A DNA stretch of 33,438 nt from sequence record SRR33789315_22. One strand, given 5' to 3'. The notes below the pieces were generated by a model. The model had not been told where the DNA came from. It was given only the letters and a program-made list of their open reading frames with translations, and did no database searches. Positions 18,888-29,166 of the stretch are shown piece after piece (within the stretch, counting starts at the first letter, position 1; every line of letters starts with the position of its first letter). Made by a program: the position numbers and the translations under genes.

Positions 18888-20939
18888 ATGAAAGGAATTG
18901 TAAGACTAGTAAAGCTAATCGTTTTTATTGCTGTAAATCAGCTTATGGCACAAGAACAACATGATAAAGTGCAGGCATTTCTACCAGAAAATCATCCCGC
19001 AGAAAATGTATTTAAAGTCGTAAATCCAGATTTGAATCTCAGTCCCTATACAGGGATGACTAAACAACACTGGAAAGATGCTGCCTTGTATTTATTAGAA
19101 GGCGCATTTAGCTATATTAATTCTATGGATGACCCTATGAAGTTTCCTAAACTTCCCGGGAAGAGCTATCCGCATGATGCTGGCCGGGTTCCTACAGAAA
19201 AATTAGAAGGTTTATGCCGGACACTATTTATTGCTGCGCCGCTTTTAATGGATAATCCAGAACTAGAACTTAATAATATTAAAGTAGCAGATTATTACCG
19301 GTATCAAATAGCAAAATTAGTAGATACTTCTAGCGCTTCCTTTATCCCGCATCGATCAAAAAATGGTGGGCCTAGCCAGAACCTAGTTGAATTTGGTGCG
19401 TTAGGCATATCGCTGTTTATAGCACCAGATGCTTTGTGGCATCCACTAGCACCAGCGGTAAAAGATGCCCTGGCCGCCACTATGATAAGTTATGGTGATG
19501 GGCCAACCGTACCTTCTAACTGGAAATTCTTTAACATTTTTGTGCTGAGTTTTTTCGAAGAACAAGGTTATTCAGTAAATGAAAAACTACTGGAAGAATA
19601 TCTTGAAAAATCACTAGAACACTATCGGGGTGATGGTTGGTATAATGACAATCCTGCCTATGATTATTACAGTATGTGGGCATTTCAGATGTATGGAATG
19701 CTTTGGTCAGAATTTTATGGAAAAGAACATTATCCTGAGATCGTAGCTAAATTCAATGATAACTTCAGGGATTTAAAGGGTAATTATTCAAAAATGTTTA
19801 GCAAAGATGGCGAGATGATTATGTGGGGCAGGAGCATAAGCTATAGGATGGGTGCTATTGCCCCGTTCCCGTTAATGGGATTTTTAAATGATCCTACAAT
19901 TAATTATGGCTGGATGCGTAGGATTTCTTCGGGTGTATTGCTTCAGTTTCTGGAAAACCCCGAGTTTATGCAAGATGGCGTTCCTACTTTAGGTTTTTAT
20001 GGCCATTTTGAACCTGCGGTGCAAGTATACAGCTGTCGCGGCAGCGTGTACTGGATGGGGAAAGCCTTTTTAGGTTTATTAATACCTGATGATAATCCTT
20101 TTTGGAACGAAAAAGAAAATGAAGGGTTGTGGGATGCTTTTGAAAAGGATAAGGTGTATAACGATTTTCAGGAAGCTTCAAACATATTAATTACAGACTA
20201 TCCTTTAATAGGAGCCTCTGAAATTAGGGCATGGTGTCACGAAAAAGTGGCAGATGACTGGCAAGGTTTCCGTTCTACAGAAAATTACAACAGACTTTCT
20301 TATAATAGTGCATTTCCTTGGCAGGCTGATGGTGAAAACGGGGAAGTGGCCATGAATTATGTAATAAAAAATAAGAAACAAGCATGGGAAGCCTTGCGTC
20401 TTTTTGACTTTAAAAAGTATCAAAATGGAATATATTACAGAGATGCGGTACTGGAGACAGATGAAAAAGTACAGTTAAAATTAGCAGATATACCGCTTGC
20501 TAATGGGATTTTAAGAGTAGATAAAAACACGAGTAAAGTGGGTATTAGCCTGCGATTAGGACATTATGCGTTGCCTGAATTAGAAGATGTTATTCGGGAA
20601 GAAACCAGAACTATAAAAGGGAATACTATTCAAATTATTGATAACGGAAAATACCAACTGGCAATGATTCCGTTAGAAAAATGGGGTAGTGTAGAAGCAG
20701 TTGCTGCAACGGGTTTAAATCCCCTAAGTAATGAAAGTAAAGTACTCAATGTAGCTGCAGATATGAATCCAGAAAGCAATTCGTCTATTATGGTCACGTT
20801 AATGTTATGGAAAAAATCAGGAGAAAAATGGTCTAAAAAAGACCTTACACCAGTTAAAAAAATAACTATTAAAAAAGATGAATCTGGAGTAGATATAATT
20901 TTACGTAACGGTCAACGATATACTATCACCTATGATTAG
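18888..20939 (+). CDS. DUF2264-domain protein (GH154-type putative beta-glucuronidase)
   Basis: EKLEGLCRT, SQNLVE, SNWKFF, GDGWYND, YDYYSMWAF, WGRSISYR, YSCRGSVYW motifs; signal peptide from ATG 18888 (ORF track starts at TTG 18879). Confidence 0.82.
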   Translation: MKGIVRLVKLIVFIAVNQLMAQEQHDKVQAFLPENHPAENVFKVVNPDLNLSPYTGMTKQHWKDAALYLLEGAFSYINSMDDPMKFPKLPGKSYPHDAGRVPTEKLEGLCRTLFIAAPLLMDNPELELNNIKVADYYRYQIAKLVDTSSASFIPHRSKNGGPSQNLVEFGALGISLFIAPDALWHPLAPAVKDALAATMISYGDGPTVPSNWKFFNIFVLSFFEEQGYSVNEKLLEEYLEKSLEHYRGDGWYNDNPAYDYYSMWAFQMYGMLWSEFYGKEHYPEIVAKFNDNFRDLKGNYSKMFSKDGEMIMWGRSISYRMGAIAPFPLMGFLNDPTINYGWMRRISSGVLLQFLENPEFMQDGVPTLGFYGHFEPAVQVYSCRGSVYWMGKAFLGLLIPDDNPFWNEKENEGLWDAFEKDKVYNDFQEASNILITDYPLIGASEIRAWCHEKVADDWQGFRSTENYNRLSYNSAFPWQADGENGEVAMNYVIKNKKQAWEALRLFDFKKYQNGIYYRDAVLETDEKVQLKLADIPLANGILRVDKNTSKVGISLRLGHYALPELEDVIREETRTIKGNTIQIIDNGKYQLAMIPLEKWGSVEAVAATGLNPLSNESKVLNVAADMNPESNSSIMVTLMLWKKSGEKWSKKDLTPVKKITIKKDESGVDIILRNGQRYTITYD

Positions 20940-20962
20940 TTAATAAATTTCCCCTTTTGACA

Positions 20963-20999
20963 AAGACGGCTTGCAGACCATAGACCTGCAAGCCGTCTT
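20963..20999. terminator. Bidirectional terminator hairpin between convergent genes
   Basis: AAGACGGCTTGCAG-N9-CTGCAAGCCGTCTT perfect 14 bp stem. Confidence 0.8.
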
Positions 21000-21023
21000 A
21001 ATTTTAGGAGAGGAGATGAGTGA

Positions 21024-21428
21024 TTAAAAAGTTTTCTGTTTATAAAAGAGCTCTTTTACATGTGGTTTGCTCAATTCTATTATGGTGAAAATACCAAGTA
21101 GAATTCCAAGAATTCCCGTAAGGCAGTTGATAATAGCTGCGACTAGGATAAATGTGTGATTACGCTCTTCTCCCAAGTATTTTGAGGCTAAAATAGTGAT
21201 AATACCTAATGCCAATGCCAGAACAAAACCTATTGCTCCTATCACATAAAAAATAATAGCGGGATCAAATGGAGGTGGGTCATTAACAGTTTCGCCTGCT
21301 ATGATGTTAGACATAATACTACCAAAACCAATATAGGCTAGAAAAAACAGTGCTAAAAGCATATTTAATATTCCTTTTACAAGAAAGAGCGCTTTAAAGG
21401 TGCTTAGATTGTTAGTTAGCCGTTCCAT
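21024..21428 (-). CDS. Small membrane protein of unknown function (3-4 TM helices)
   Basis: 134 aa hydrophobic ORF ending AIINCLTGILGILLGIFTIIEL.KPHVKELF. Confidence 0.75.
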   Translation of the reverse strand: MERLTNNLSTFKALFLVKGILNMLLALFFLAYIGFGSIMSNIIAGETVNDPPPFDPAIIFYVIGAIGFVLALALGIITILASKYLGEERNHTFILVAAIINCLTGILGILLGIFTIIELSKPHVKELFYKQKTF

Positions 21429-21523
21429 TATTTATAATTTAGAAGTAAAAAATATCTGCTTACTAAATAAGTATAGATAAGTCTTTAATTGTTACTAAAT
21501 TAATTAAAAAATAAGTGGCGTAC

Positions 21524-23059
21524 TTAGAGCTTATATAAAAGCTTATAATATTTGTCTACCGAATCTTTCCAAGTAAAACGCATCTTTTTTGCATTGGCTT
21601 TTATCTGCTTCCATTTGGTATAATCGTGCGTATGCAGGTCTAAAATTTCTTGGAATCCGGTAACGAAATTTTCAATTTTTTCATCATAGGTATCACCATC
21701 AAAAGCAAATCCGGTAACCATATGTTCAACGGTATCAATTAGACCGCCTGTATGGTGCACATAGCAAGGATTTCCGTTACGCATAGCGAGCATTTGACTA
21801 ATACCACAGGGCTCAAACATACTAGGCATAAAATAAAGATCTGTTTCCAGATAAATAGAATCTATTACTTTTTCAGATTGACCATTTATAAAGAGAAAAT
21901 TTTTATGCTGATGGCTTAATCCTCTAAAAAGTTCTTCATACTCTGGAGCACCGGTTCCTAATAGAATAAAAATACCATTAACGGGTTTTAATTTTTCTAA
22001 TATGGCGACAAATGCTTCTGGAGATCTTTTGAAAAAATAAAACTTTTGTTCGGTGAGACGTGCTACACTCGAACAGATAAAGGCCGGCGGATTTTTAAGT
22101 AATGGAACTATTTTTTCACCTGTATGCGCTAGAAAATCTGCTTTATATTTTTTTGATTCTTGTTGAAGCCAAGGAAAAATGGTATTTATGATATTGTAAA
22201 AAAGCTGGCTCTTTCTGGCTATATTTATATTTTTATAATTAGAACCATTTAGAATTCCGAAGAATCTACCTTCTAGATCAGCCTGTTGTAAATCTCTTTC
22301 TAGTCCTTCACCACCTATGAACTCTGGCGGTCTACTAGGCAAAAGCACATCTTTTTTGTAAGATGGTGATACTGTATGCACAGAATCTGCAAATCGAATA
22401 CCAATAGCCATTAAATTTATACAATCGGGGTAACGATCATCTTTTACCCGGTTATAGTCATATCCTACATGCGGAAACCAGTTGCGAACAGAAGAATAAT
22501 TATTCTCCAGAGGTCGTATTCCTTGAATAGCCAGATTGTGTATGGTATACACAAAACGGATGCTTTTTAATTCTTGATAATCTACACAGAATTCTCTTAA
22601 AAACAACAACGTGCTGGTATGCCAATCATGAAGATGTACCACATCTAACTGTTTAAAGGCGTCCCGTTTAATAGCTTCTGCCAGTGCTGTACAAAATATA
22701 AAATACTTGATAGCATCTGTGTAAAAAGGCTCAACTTGATCTGTGTGATAGATGTGAGCAATATTCCCAGCTTCAATTTCAGGATGATGTATTACATAAT
22801 GCTTAATGTTCTTGTAATGCTTCTTAGGTTGCACTTCATATAATTGGGCAACATATTCCATTCCGCGTAAGCTAAAATAGAGATCTGTCATAAAGTTACC
22901 TGCAATGTGTAATCTAGAATAAGCAGGTGTTATAACATGCACTGTGTCACCGCGTTGTGCTATGTGTCTAGGAACATCTCTAACAACATCACCCATTCCT
23001 CCTGCCTTACAATAAGGAATGGCATCATTTTCGGCAGAGGCAAAAAGAAAATTGGGCAT
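21524..23059 (-). CDS. glgA: Glycogen/starch synthase (GT5)
   Basis: KAGGMGDV, VHLHDWH, YTIHNLAIQG, TVSPSY, GILNG, ARLTEQK, MPSMFEPCGISQMLAM, TGGLIDTV. Confidence 0.88.
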   Translation of the reverse strand: MPNFLFASAENDAIPYCKAGGMGDVVRDVPRHIAQRGDTVHVITPAYSRLHIAGNFMTDLYFSLRGMEYVAQLYEVQPKKHYKNIKHYVIHHPEIEAGNIAHIYHTDQVEPFYTDAIKYFIFCTALAEAIKRDAFKQLDVVHLHDWHTSTLLFLREFCVDYQELKSIRFVYTIHNLAIQGIRPLENNYSSVRNWFPHVGYDYNRVKDDRYPDCINLMAIGIRFADSVHTVSPSYKKDVLLPSRPPEFIGGEGLERDLQQADLEGRFFGILNGSNYKNINIARKSQLFYNIINTIFPWLQQESKKYKADFLAHTGEKIVPLLKNPPAFICSSVARLTEQKFYFFKRSPEAFVAILEKLKPVNGIFILLGTGAPEYEELFRGLSHQHKNFLFINGQSEKVIDSIYLETDLYFMPSMFEPCGISQMLAMRNGNPCYVHHTGGLIDTVEHMVTGFAFDGDTYDEKIENFVTGFQEILDLHTHDYTKWKQIKANAKKMRFTWKDSVDKYYKLLYKL

Positions 23060-23400
23060 ATATTATTTACGTATAACCTTTAATAGTAATATAGTAAATA
23101 TGCAAATTGTATTTCATTTTTGAATTATTAAACTGTTATTTTTATTGAAAAATTGATAAAAATAACTATAAATTCTTGCAATTTATTTATAGTATGAAAT
23201 CAGAAACCGTGTTAATCTCTATATAAACTAGGTTGGATTGGCCAGTTTATTTCTTTCATTGTTGTTAACGAGAAGTTAATATAGTTTACAAGTGAAATAA
23301 ATCATAAACTTCAGTGGTTTAAATTTTTCTGTTCTTTTAATTTTACCTTTAATAGAACATTTCATCTCAATACGTATTTAATAATTAGTACTGTAATAAT

Positions 23401-24219
23401 ATGCAAAAACCTAATGAGAGACTCGCTGGACAGACTTGTATTGTTACCGGGGCAAATTCTGGAATAGGCGAGGCAGTAGCCACAGCCATAGGCAAAGAAG
23501 GAGCAAATGTTGTCGTCAATTACATTTCTCACCCTGAAAAAGCTGAAGAGATTGCACATCTAATAAGCTTAGATAATTTATGTGGTGATGCTATAGCCAT
23601 AAAATGTGACGTGAGTAAAGAAGATCAGGTCCAAGCAATGTTTAAACAGACTATAGACCATTTTGGTACTGTAGATATTTGTGTGCCAAATGCAGGAATT
23701 CAAAAAGATGCTCCACTGCATGAAATGACTCTTTCAGAATGGCAATTAGTCATTGATGTAAATTTAACAGGACAATTTCTATGTACACGAGAGGCCATAC
23801 GTGAATTTTTAAAAAGGGGCATGCGTCCTGATGTTTCAAAATCCTTGGGTAAAATAATCCATATGAGTTCGGTGCATCAGATTATTCCTTGGGCTGGTCA
23901 TGCCAATTATGCCGCATCAAAAGGAGCCATCGTTATGTTGATGGAAAGTATCTGCCAGCAATATGCACCGCTTAAAGTGCGCTGCAATAGCATTGCTCCG
24001 GGAGCCATACAAACTCCCATTAACCGATCAGCTTGGGATACTCCTGAAGGAATTCTAGAGCTAAATAAATTGATTCCTTATAAACGTATAGGAGTTCCGG
24101 AAGATATAGGAAGTACCGCGGTATGGCTAGCATCAGACGAATCAGAATACATAAACGGAACCACCATTTTTGTAGATGGAGGTATGACATGTTACCCAGG
24201 ATTTACAACCAATGGATAA
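23401..24219 (+). CDS. SDR-family glucose 1-dehydrogenase-like oxidoreductase
   Basis: TGANSGIG, VVVNY, NAGIQ, MSSVHQIIPW, NYAASK, PGAIQTPIN, FVDGGMT. Confidence 0.88.
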   Translation: MQKPNERLAGQTCIVTGANSGIGEAVATAIGKEGANVVVNYISHPEKAEEIAHLISLDNLCGDAIAIKCDVSKEDQVQAMFKQTIDHFGTVDICVPNAGIQKDAPLHEMTLSEWQLVIDVNLTGQFLCTREAIREFLKRGMRPDVSKSLGKIIHMSSVHQIIPWAGHANYAASKGAIVMLMESICQQYAPLKVRCNSIAPGAIQTPINRSAWDTPEGILELNKLIPYKRIGVPEDIGSTAVWLASDESEYINGTTIFVDGGMTCYPGFTTNG

Positions 24220-26836
24220 AAAAACGGAAGAACAAAAACGGCTGGATGCTCATTATACAAGAAAGGCAGATTGGTTGCAGTGGGGACCTTATTTAAGCGA
24301 AAGACAATGGGGAACGGTACGAGAGGATTATAGTCCGCACGGAAATGCTTGGAGCTATTTCCCCCATGATCATGCAAGAAGTCGCACGTATAGATGGGGA
24401 GAAGATGGATTGGCTGGAATAACAGATCGGTTTTGTAATATTTGTTTCGCTATAAGTTTGTGGAATGGAAACGATGCCATTTTAAAAGAGCGCCTTTTTG
24501 GACTTTCAGGCCCAGAAGGTAATCATGGCGAGGATGTAAAAGAATTGTATTATTATCTGGAAAATACACCTACGCATTCTTATATGAAGCATCTGTATAA
24601 GTATCCGCAAACTGCATTTCCTTATACCCAACTCGTATCTGAAAACCGAAAACGCGGAAAAGATGAGTTGGAATTTGAATTACTAGATACGGGTATTTTT
24701 GAAAACAATGCTTATTTTGATGTAGTTACCCAATATGCAAAAGCAAGTAGCGACGATATGCTCATCAAGGTGACGGTAACTAATAGAAATTCTCAACCTG
24801 CAGAAATTCATCTACTTCCTACCTTATGGTTAAGAAATATGTGGAGTTATATAGAAGTCCTTCAAAAACCAATCATACAAAAAGAAGAAGCTACTAATTC
24901 TGTTTTAATCACACACTCTGACCTAGGCGAATATCATTTGTATTTTGATGAAGCAGCAAAACTGCTTTTTACAGAAAATGAAACCAATACAGAACGCCTA
25001 TACACTAGTCCCAATGATCATCCTTTCAAAAAAGATTTATTTAATCATGCAGTTATAGACAATGATTTTGATCTGGCAACGTCAAAAACGAGCGGAACAA
25101 AATTTGCGCCCTTATATAGCAAAAAATTAGAGGCACAAGAATCTTATGAAATCAAGTTGCGGTTCTCAAAAAGCGAAATAAAAAACCCTTTTAATGAAAA
25201 TTTTCATACCCTTTTTAAAAAGCGTATTCAGGAATGTGCAGCATTTTATGAAAGCAAGATTCCGGTAGAAAATCCTGATTTAAAAAACATTTCAAAACAA
25301 GCCTTTGCAGGCTTGCTATGGTCTAAGCAATATTATAATTACAATGTAGAAACGTGGTTAAAAGGAGATCCTAAAGAACCACTTCCTCCACCTGAAAGAC
25401 TTTCCGGGAGAAATAGTAATTGGAAAACACTGCGTAATCATGATATTCTGGCTATGCCAGATGCGTGGGAATATCCTTGGTATGCTGCTTGGGATTCTGC
25501 TTTTCATTGTATAACTATGGCGCATATAGATCCCAATTTTGCAAAAAATCAATTGATTTTATTCACGCGTGAATGGTATATGGCTCCCAATGGACAGATT
25601 CCGGCTTATGAGTGGTCATTTAGTGATGTAAACCCACCGGTACAAGCATGGGCAGTCATGCAAGTCTATAAAATCGAGGCTAAAAACACCGGGAAAAAGG
25701 ATGTGAAATTCTTAAAAAGAATGTTCAACAAGTTGGCACTCAATTTTACGTGGTGGGTCAATAGGGAAGATAGCTCAGAGAACAATGTATTTGAAGGCGG
25801 ATTTTTAGGTTTAGACAATATTGGAGTTTTTGACCGGAGTAATGGGATACCTGGCGGTGCACATCTGGAGCAAGTAGATGGCACTTCATGGATGGCGCTT
25901 TATTGCTTAAATATGTTGGAGATTAGTCTCGAAATTGCATTAGAAGATGACTCTTATGAGGATATGGCGACCAAATATTTAGGCCACTTTGTCCTTATTG
26001 CAGAAGCACTTAATGAGCGAAGTATTAATTACAGCGGGGTATGGGATGATGATGAAGGTTTCTTTTATGATAAATTGGTTTTTTCAGATGGGGGTTATAT
26101 TCCTATCAAAATCAGATCTATTGTAGGATTGATGTCGCTGGCAGCGGTACTCGCTATCAAAAAGGAAACGCTAGATCGTCTACCTAAGTTTACCAAAAGT
26201 ATGCAGTGGTTTCGGGAGTTTCGTTCTGAAACTTTAAAATATCCAGTCATGCAGGATTTTGATGGGGAAAATCTTTTGTTATCACTAGTACCTAAAGATC
26301 GATTACCGGTGTTAATGAAAAGTCTGCTGGATGAAAATGAATTTTTAAGTGATTATGGCATTCGATCACTTTCCAAAATACATGAGAAACCCTATACCAT
26401 TAATATTAAAGGAACAGAGTACTGTATAAATTATGAACCTGCAGAGTCTTCTACGGCTCTTTTTGGTGGAAATTCAAACTGGCGTGGCCCTATTTGGATG
26501 CCTATAAATTATTTATTTATTCAATCTCTGCGGGAGTATTATTACCATAACGGCGATGAAATGAAGTTTGAATATCCTAGCAGAAGCGGTGTATGGATGG
26601 ATTTAAAGCAAATAAGTTATGAAGTAAGCAAGCGACTCATCACTATTTTCCAGAAAGATGAGCAGGAAAATAGACCCGTGCATGCGCTATATGATAAAAA
26701 ATATAAGGATGAGTTTTTTAAGGATCTGATCTTGTTTTATGAATATTTTCATGGAGATACTGGTCGCGGTGTGGGTGCTTCCCATCAAACTGGTTGGACG
26801 GCCTTAATTGCCAATTTAATTGATGAAACTTCCTAA
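24212..26836 (+). CDS. GH63/MGH1-like alpha-glucosidase (cytoplasmic)
   Basis: WGPYLSERQWGTVREDYS, MPDAWEYPWYAAWD, FEGGFLGLDNIG, NSNWRGPIW, EYFHGDTGRGVGASHQTGWT; overlaps SDR gene by 8 bp. Confidence 0.88.
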   Translation: MDKKTEEQKRLDAHYTRKADWLQWGPYLSERQWGTVREDYSPHGNAWSYFPHDHARSRTYRWGEDGLAGITDRFCNICFAISLWNGNDAILKERLFGLSGPEGNHGEDVKELYYYLENTPTHSYMKHLYKYPQTAFPYTQLVSENRKRGKDELEFELLDTGIFENNAYFDVVTQYAKASSDDMLIKVTVTNRNSQPAEIHLLPTLWLRNMWSYIEVLQKPIIQKEEATNSVLITHSDLGEYHLYFDEAAKLLFTENETNTERLYTSPNDHPFKKDLFNHAVIDNDFDLATSKTSGTKFAPLYSKKLEAQESYEIKLRFSKSEIKNPFNENFHTLFKKRIQECAAFYESKIPVENPDLKNISKQAFAGLLWSKQYYNYNVETWLKGDPKEPLPPPERLSGRNSNWKTLRNHDILAMPDAWEYPWYAAWDSAFHCITMAHIDPNFAKNQLILFTREWYMAPNGQIPAYEWSFSDVNPPVQAWAVMQVYKIEAKNTGKKDVKFLKRMFNKLALNFTWWVNREDSSENNVFEGGFLGLDNIGVFDRSNGIPGGAHLEQVDGTSWMALYCLNMLEISLEIALEDDSYEDMATKYLGHFVLIAEALNERSINYSGVWDDDEGFFYDKLVFSDGGYIPIKIRSIVGLMSLAAVLAIKKETLDRLPKFTKSMQWFREFRSETLKYPVMQDFDGENLLLSLVPKDRLPVLMKSLLDENEFLSDYGIRSLSKIHEKPYTINIKGTEYCINYEPAESSTALFGGNSNWRGPIWMPINYLFIQSLREYYYHNGDEMKFEYPSRSGVWMDLKQISYEVSKRLITIFQKDEQENRPVHALYDKKYKDEFFKDLILFYEYFHGDTGRGVGASHQTGWTALIANLIDETS

Positions 26837-26871
26837 TTAAAGATCATATAAGCTTAAGATATAAATAAAAC

Positions 26872-26894
26872 AAAAGACCCGATAAGGGTCTTTT
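26872..26894. terminator. Intrinsic terminator after GH63 gene
   Basis: AAAAGACCC-GATAA-GGGTCTTTT. Confidence 0.75.
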
Positions 26895-26949
26895 CGGTTT
26901 TTAGTATGCTGGAAGATTTAAAAAATAATTTGGTTAAATTAAATAGAAA

Positions 26950-26977
26950 TGTAACCTTTTACTTTTTGAAAGGTCTT
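26950..26977 (+). promoter_or_regulatory. Putative autoregulatory ECF promoter
   Basis: TGTAACC (-35 with AAC) then T-rich spacer then GGTCTT (-10), 23 bp upstream of the sigma gene. Confidence 0.55.
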
Positions 26978-26999
26978 CATAACAAACCACCACCCAAAA

Positions 27000-27533
27000 T
27001 TGATTTTGAAAGAGTTAACTGACGAGGAGTTGATGCATTATATAGCTCAGGGAAAACTGGATTATATGGCTGTAATTTTTGAAAGGTATCATGTGAGGAT
27101 GTATAATTTTTTTCTTCAGATGACCCGAGATAGGGCAGTAAGTGAAGACCTTACCCAAAATGTTTTTTATAAAGTATTAAGGTATCGCAAATCGTATCAG
27201 GGAGGAAAAGTGGTGTCGTGGATATTTAAAATTGGAAGGAATTTGTTGACAGATCATTACCGCCTTCAAAAAAAAGCGTGGAATACCATACCCGAAAATT
27301 GGGAAGGCCAGGAAGAGCAGGCAGCAAGCGAAGTACAAGAGGATGTGGCACATCTGTATGCGGCCTTGAATAAATTAAATATCCAAGACCGGGAACTGAT
27401 CGTGATGAACAGGCTTCAGGGCATGAAATATGAAAGCATTGCAGAAATCATAGGTTCTAGTGAAAGTGCCGTAAAGGTGAGAGTTCATAGAATCATCAAA
27501 AAATTAAGAATCTTTTATTTTGAAACCATATAG
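27000..27533 (+). CDS. ECF RNA polymerase sigma factor
   Basis: 177 aa, TTG start; region 2 SEDLTQNVF..SWIFKIGRN, region 4 YESIAEIIGSSESAVKVRVHR. Confidence 0.92.
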   Translation: MILKELTDEELMHYIAQGKLDYMAVIFERYHVRMYNFFLQMTRDRAVSEDLTQNVFYKVLRYRKSYQGGKVVSWIFKIGRNLLTDHYRLQKKAWNTIPENWEGQEEQAASEVQEDVAHLYAALNKLNIQDRELIVMNRLQGMKYESIAEIIGSSESAVKVRVHRIIKKLRIFYFETI

Positions 27534-27535
27534 CT

Positions 27536-28324
27536 ATGAAGTGTGAAGAAGTAGAGTTACTGTTGCTGGATTTTGTTAATGGGCAACTACCTAAAGAGGA
27601 AGCAAATGAAATGGAGGAGCACTTGCAAGATTGCGCCTCTTGTACGGAAGCCTGGGAAGAAACCAAAAGACTTGATCAGGCTTTTCACCAAATAAAACAA
27701 GTTACTCCAAGCGCTGAGATTGAACATAATTTTTTCCGCTTCTTGGCAGCAGAAAAAGAACTTCAAGCCAAGTCAGTAATCCCGTTGCAACAGGAAACTA
27801 TGTGGTCTTGGAAAACGGCTTTCCGTATCGCCGCCTCTTTATTACTGCTCGTTATGGGTTATGGAATAGGAAGTTATGGCGAAAAACAAGGAGCTTTAAA
27901 AGAGATAGCAATCCTTCAAGCGGAAACCATTTCTTTAAAAGAAAATATGATGCTGGCAATGCTGGATAATAGATCACCCAGTACCCGAATTAAAGCGGTC
28001 AATTATGCGGAAGATTTTACGCAACCAGACCCTGAGATTTTGAAAGCATTAATAGAACGGTTGCAGATAGATACAAATATAAATGTGCGGCTGGCAGCTG
28101 CAGAAGCCTTATCACATTATGCTAATCAGGAACTGGTAAGAACAGCATTTATTAAAGCCTTAAGTACTGAGAAGGATCCAAATGTACAGATCAGTATTAT
28201 AGAATTACTAGTCGAGATGCAAGAAAAAAGAGCACTTGCTCCTATGCAAGAACTGCTAAAACAAACCGAAACACCAGATTATGTTAAGGCAAAAGCTAAC
28301 GAGGGAATTTTACAAATCACATAA
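27536..28324 (+). CDS. Zinc-binding anti-sigma factor (zf-HC2) with TM helix and periplasmic HEAT repeats
   Basis: HLQDCASC (HxxxCxxC), TM IAASLLLLVMGYGIG, HEAT motifs STRIKAV, NVRLAAAEAL, NVQISIIELL. Confidence 0.87.
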   Translation: MKCEEVELLLLDFVNGQLPKEEANEMEEHLQDCASCTEAWEETKRLDQAFHQIKQVTPSAEIEHNFFRFLAAEKELQAKSVIPLQQETMWSWKTAFRIAASLLLLVMGYGIGSYGEKQGALKEIAILQAETISLKENMMLAMLDNRSPSTRIKAVNYAEDFTQPDPEILKALIERLQIDTNINVRLAAAEALSHYANQELVRTAFIKALSTEKDPNVQISIIELLVEMQEKRALAPMQELLKQTETPDYVKAKANEGILQIT

Positions 28325-28343
28325 ATCAAACATCAATTAAATC

Positions 28344-29156
28344 ATGAGACGAACAGTTAATTTATTCACGCTTCTTTTTTTGAGCTATTTCATCGCAAAT
28401 GCCCAAGAAGAATTCAAAAAGCCCCTTTCAGGGATCAAACAGATTAAAATCGAGGCCAATACAGATGTTACCCTTATCGTGGGAAACACCAATGAACTGG
28501 TGTTGTCTTTCGCACCCGGTAAAGATGAAGATGGCATACGTGGTTTTTATTCTACCGAAAATCAGGAAGAAAAGAAGGAGAAGATAAAAGGATTAAAGCC
28601 TATTTATGCTGGAGGTGTAGACAATACAGGTATAGGTTTTTTAGTAGAACAAGAAGGTGATGTATTACGTTTAAAAGACCTAAAACCCTTTATTCAGCGT
28701 GAAAATATTATTTTAAAATTACCCAAAAATATAGATGTATACTTAGATTGTGGTAGTTTGGGCAATGCGCATATAGACGGTTTTTCTTCAGAGATTGTAG
28801 TAAATACAAATGTGGGTGAAATCGAACTGGTAAATGTAACTGGACCCATAACTGCACATTCCAGTACGGGTGATATCAATGTAACCTTCACCACGGTAGC
28901 TCAAAAAACGCCCATCTCCATCACCACGGCGACGGCAGATATTGATGTGAGCCTTCCTGCAAGTTCAAAAGCAGATCTGGAACTTAAAACCACAATGGGT
29001 ACCGTTTATACCGATTTTGATCTGGAAATTCCTCGAGAAGATGGTTTAAAAACGGTGGGAGCCAAAAGAAAAATAGAAAGCAAATTGAATTCTGGAGGAG
29101 TGAAAATAGTCTTACAATCCTCAACTGGAAATGTGTATTTAAGAAAGAGCAAATAA
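28344..29156 (+). CDS. DUF4097 family beta-strand repeat protein
   Basis: Signal peptide; repeats TNVGEIEL, SSTGDINV, TTMGTVY, SSTGNVYL. Confidence 0.82.
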   Translation: MRRTVNLFTLLFLSYFIANAQEEFKKPLSGIKQIKIEANTDVTLIVGNTNELVLSFAPGKDEDGIRGFYSTENQEEKKEKIKGLKPIYAGGVDNTGIGFLVEQEGDVLRLKDLKPFIQRENIILKLPKNIDVYLDCGSLGNAHIDGFSSEIVVNTNVGEIELVNVTGPITAHSSTGDINVTFTTVAQKTPISITTATADIDVSLPASSKADLELKTTMGTVYTDFDLEIPREDGLKTVGAKRKIESKLNSGGVKIVLQSSTGNVYLRKSK

Positions 29157-29166
29157 AGAAAACATC

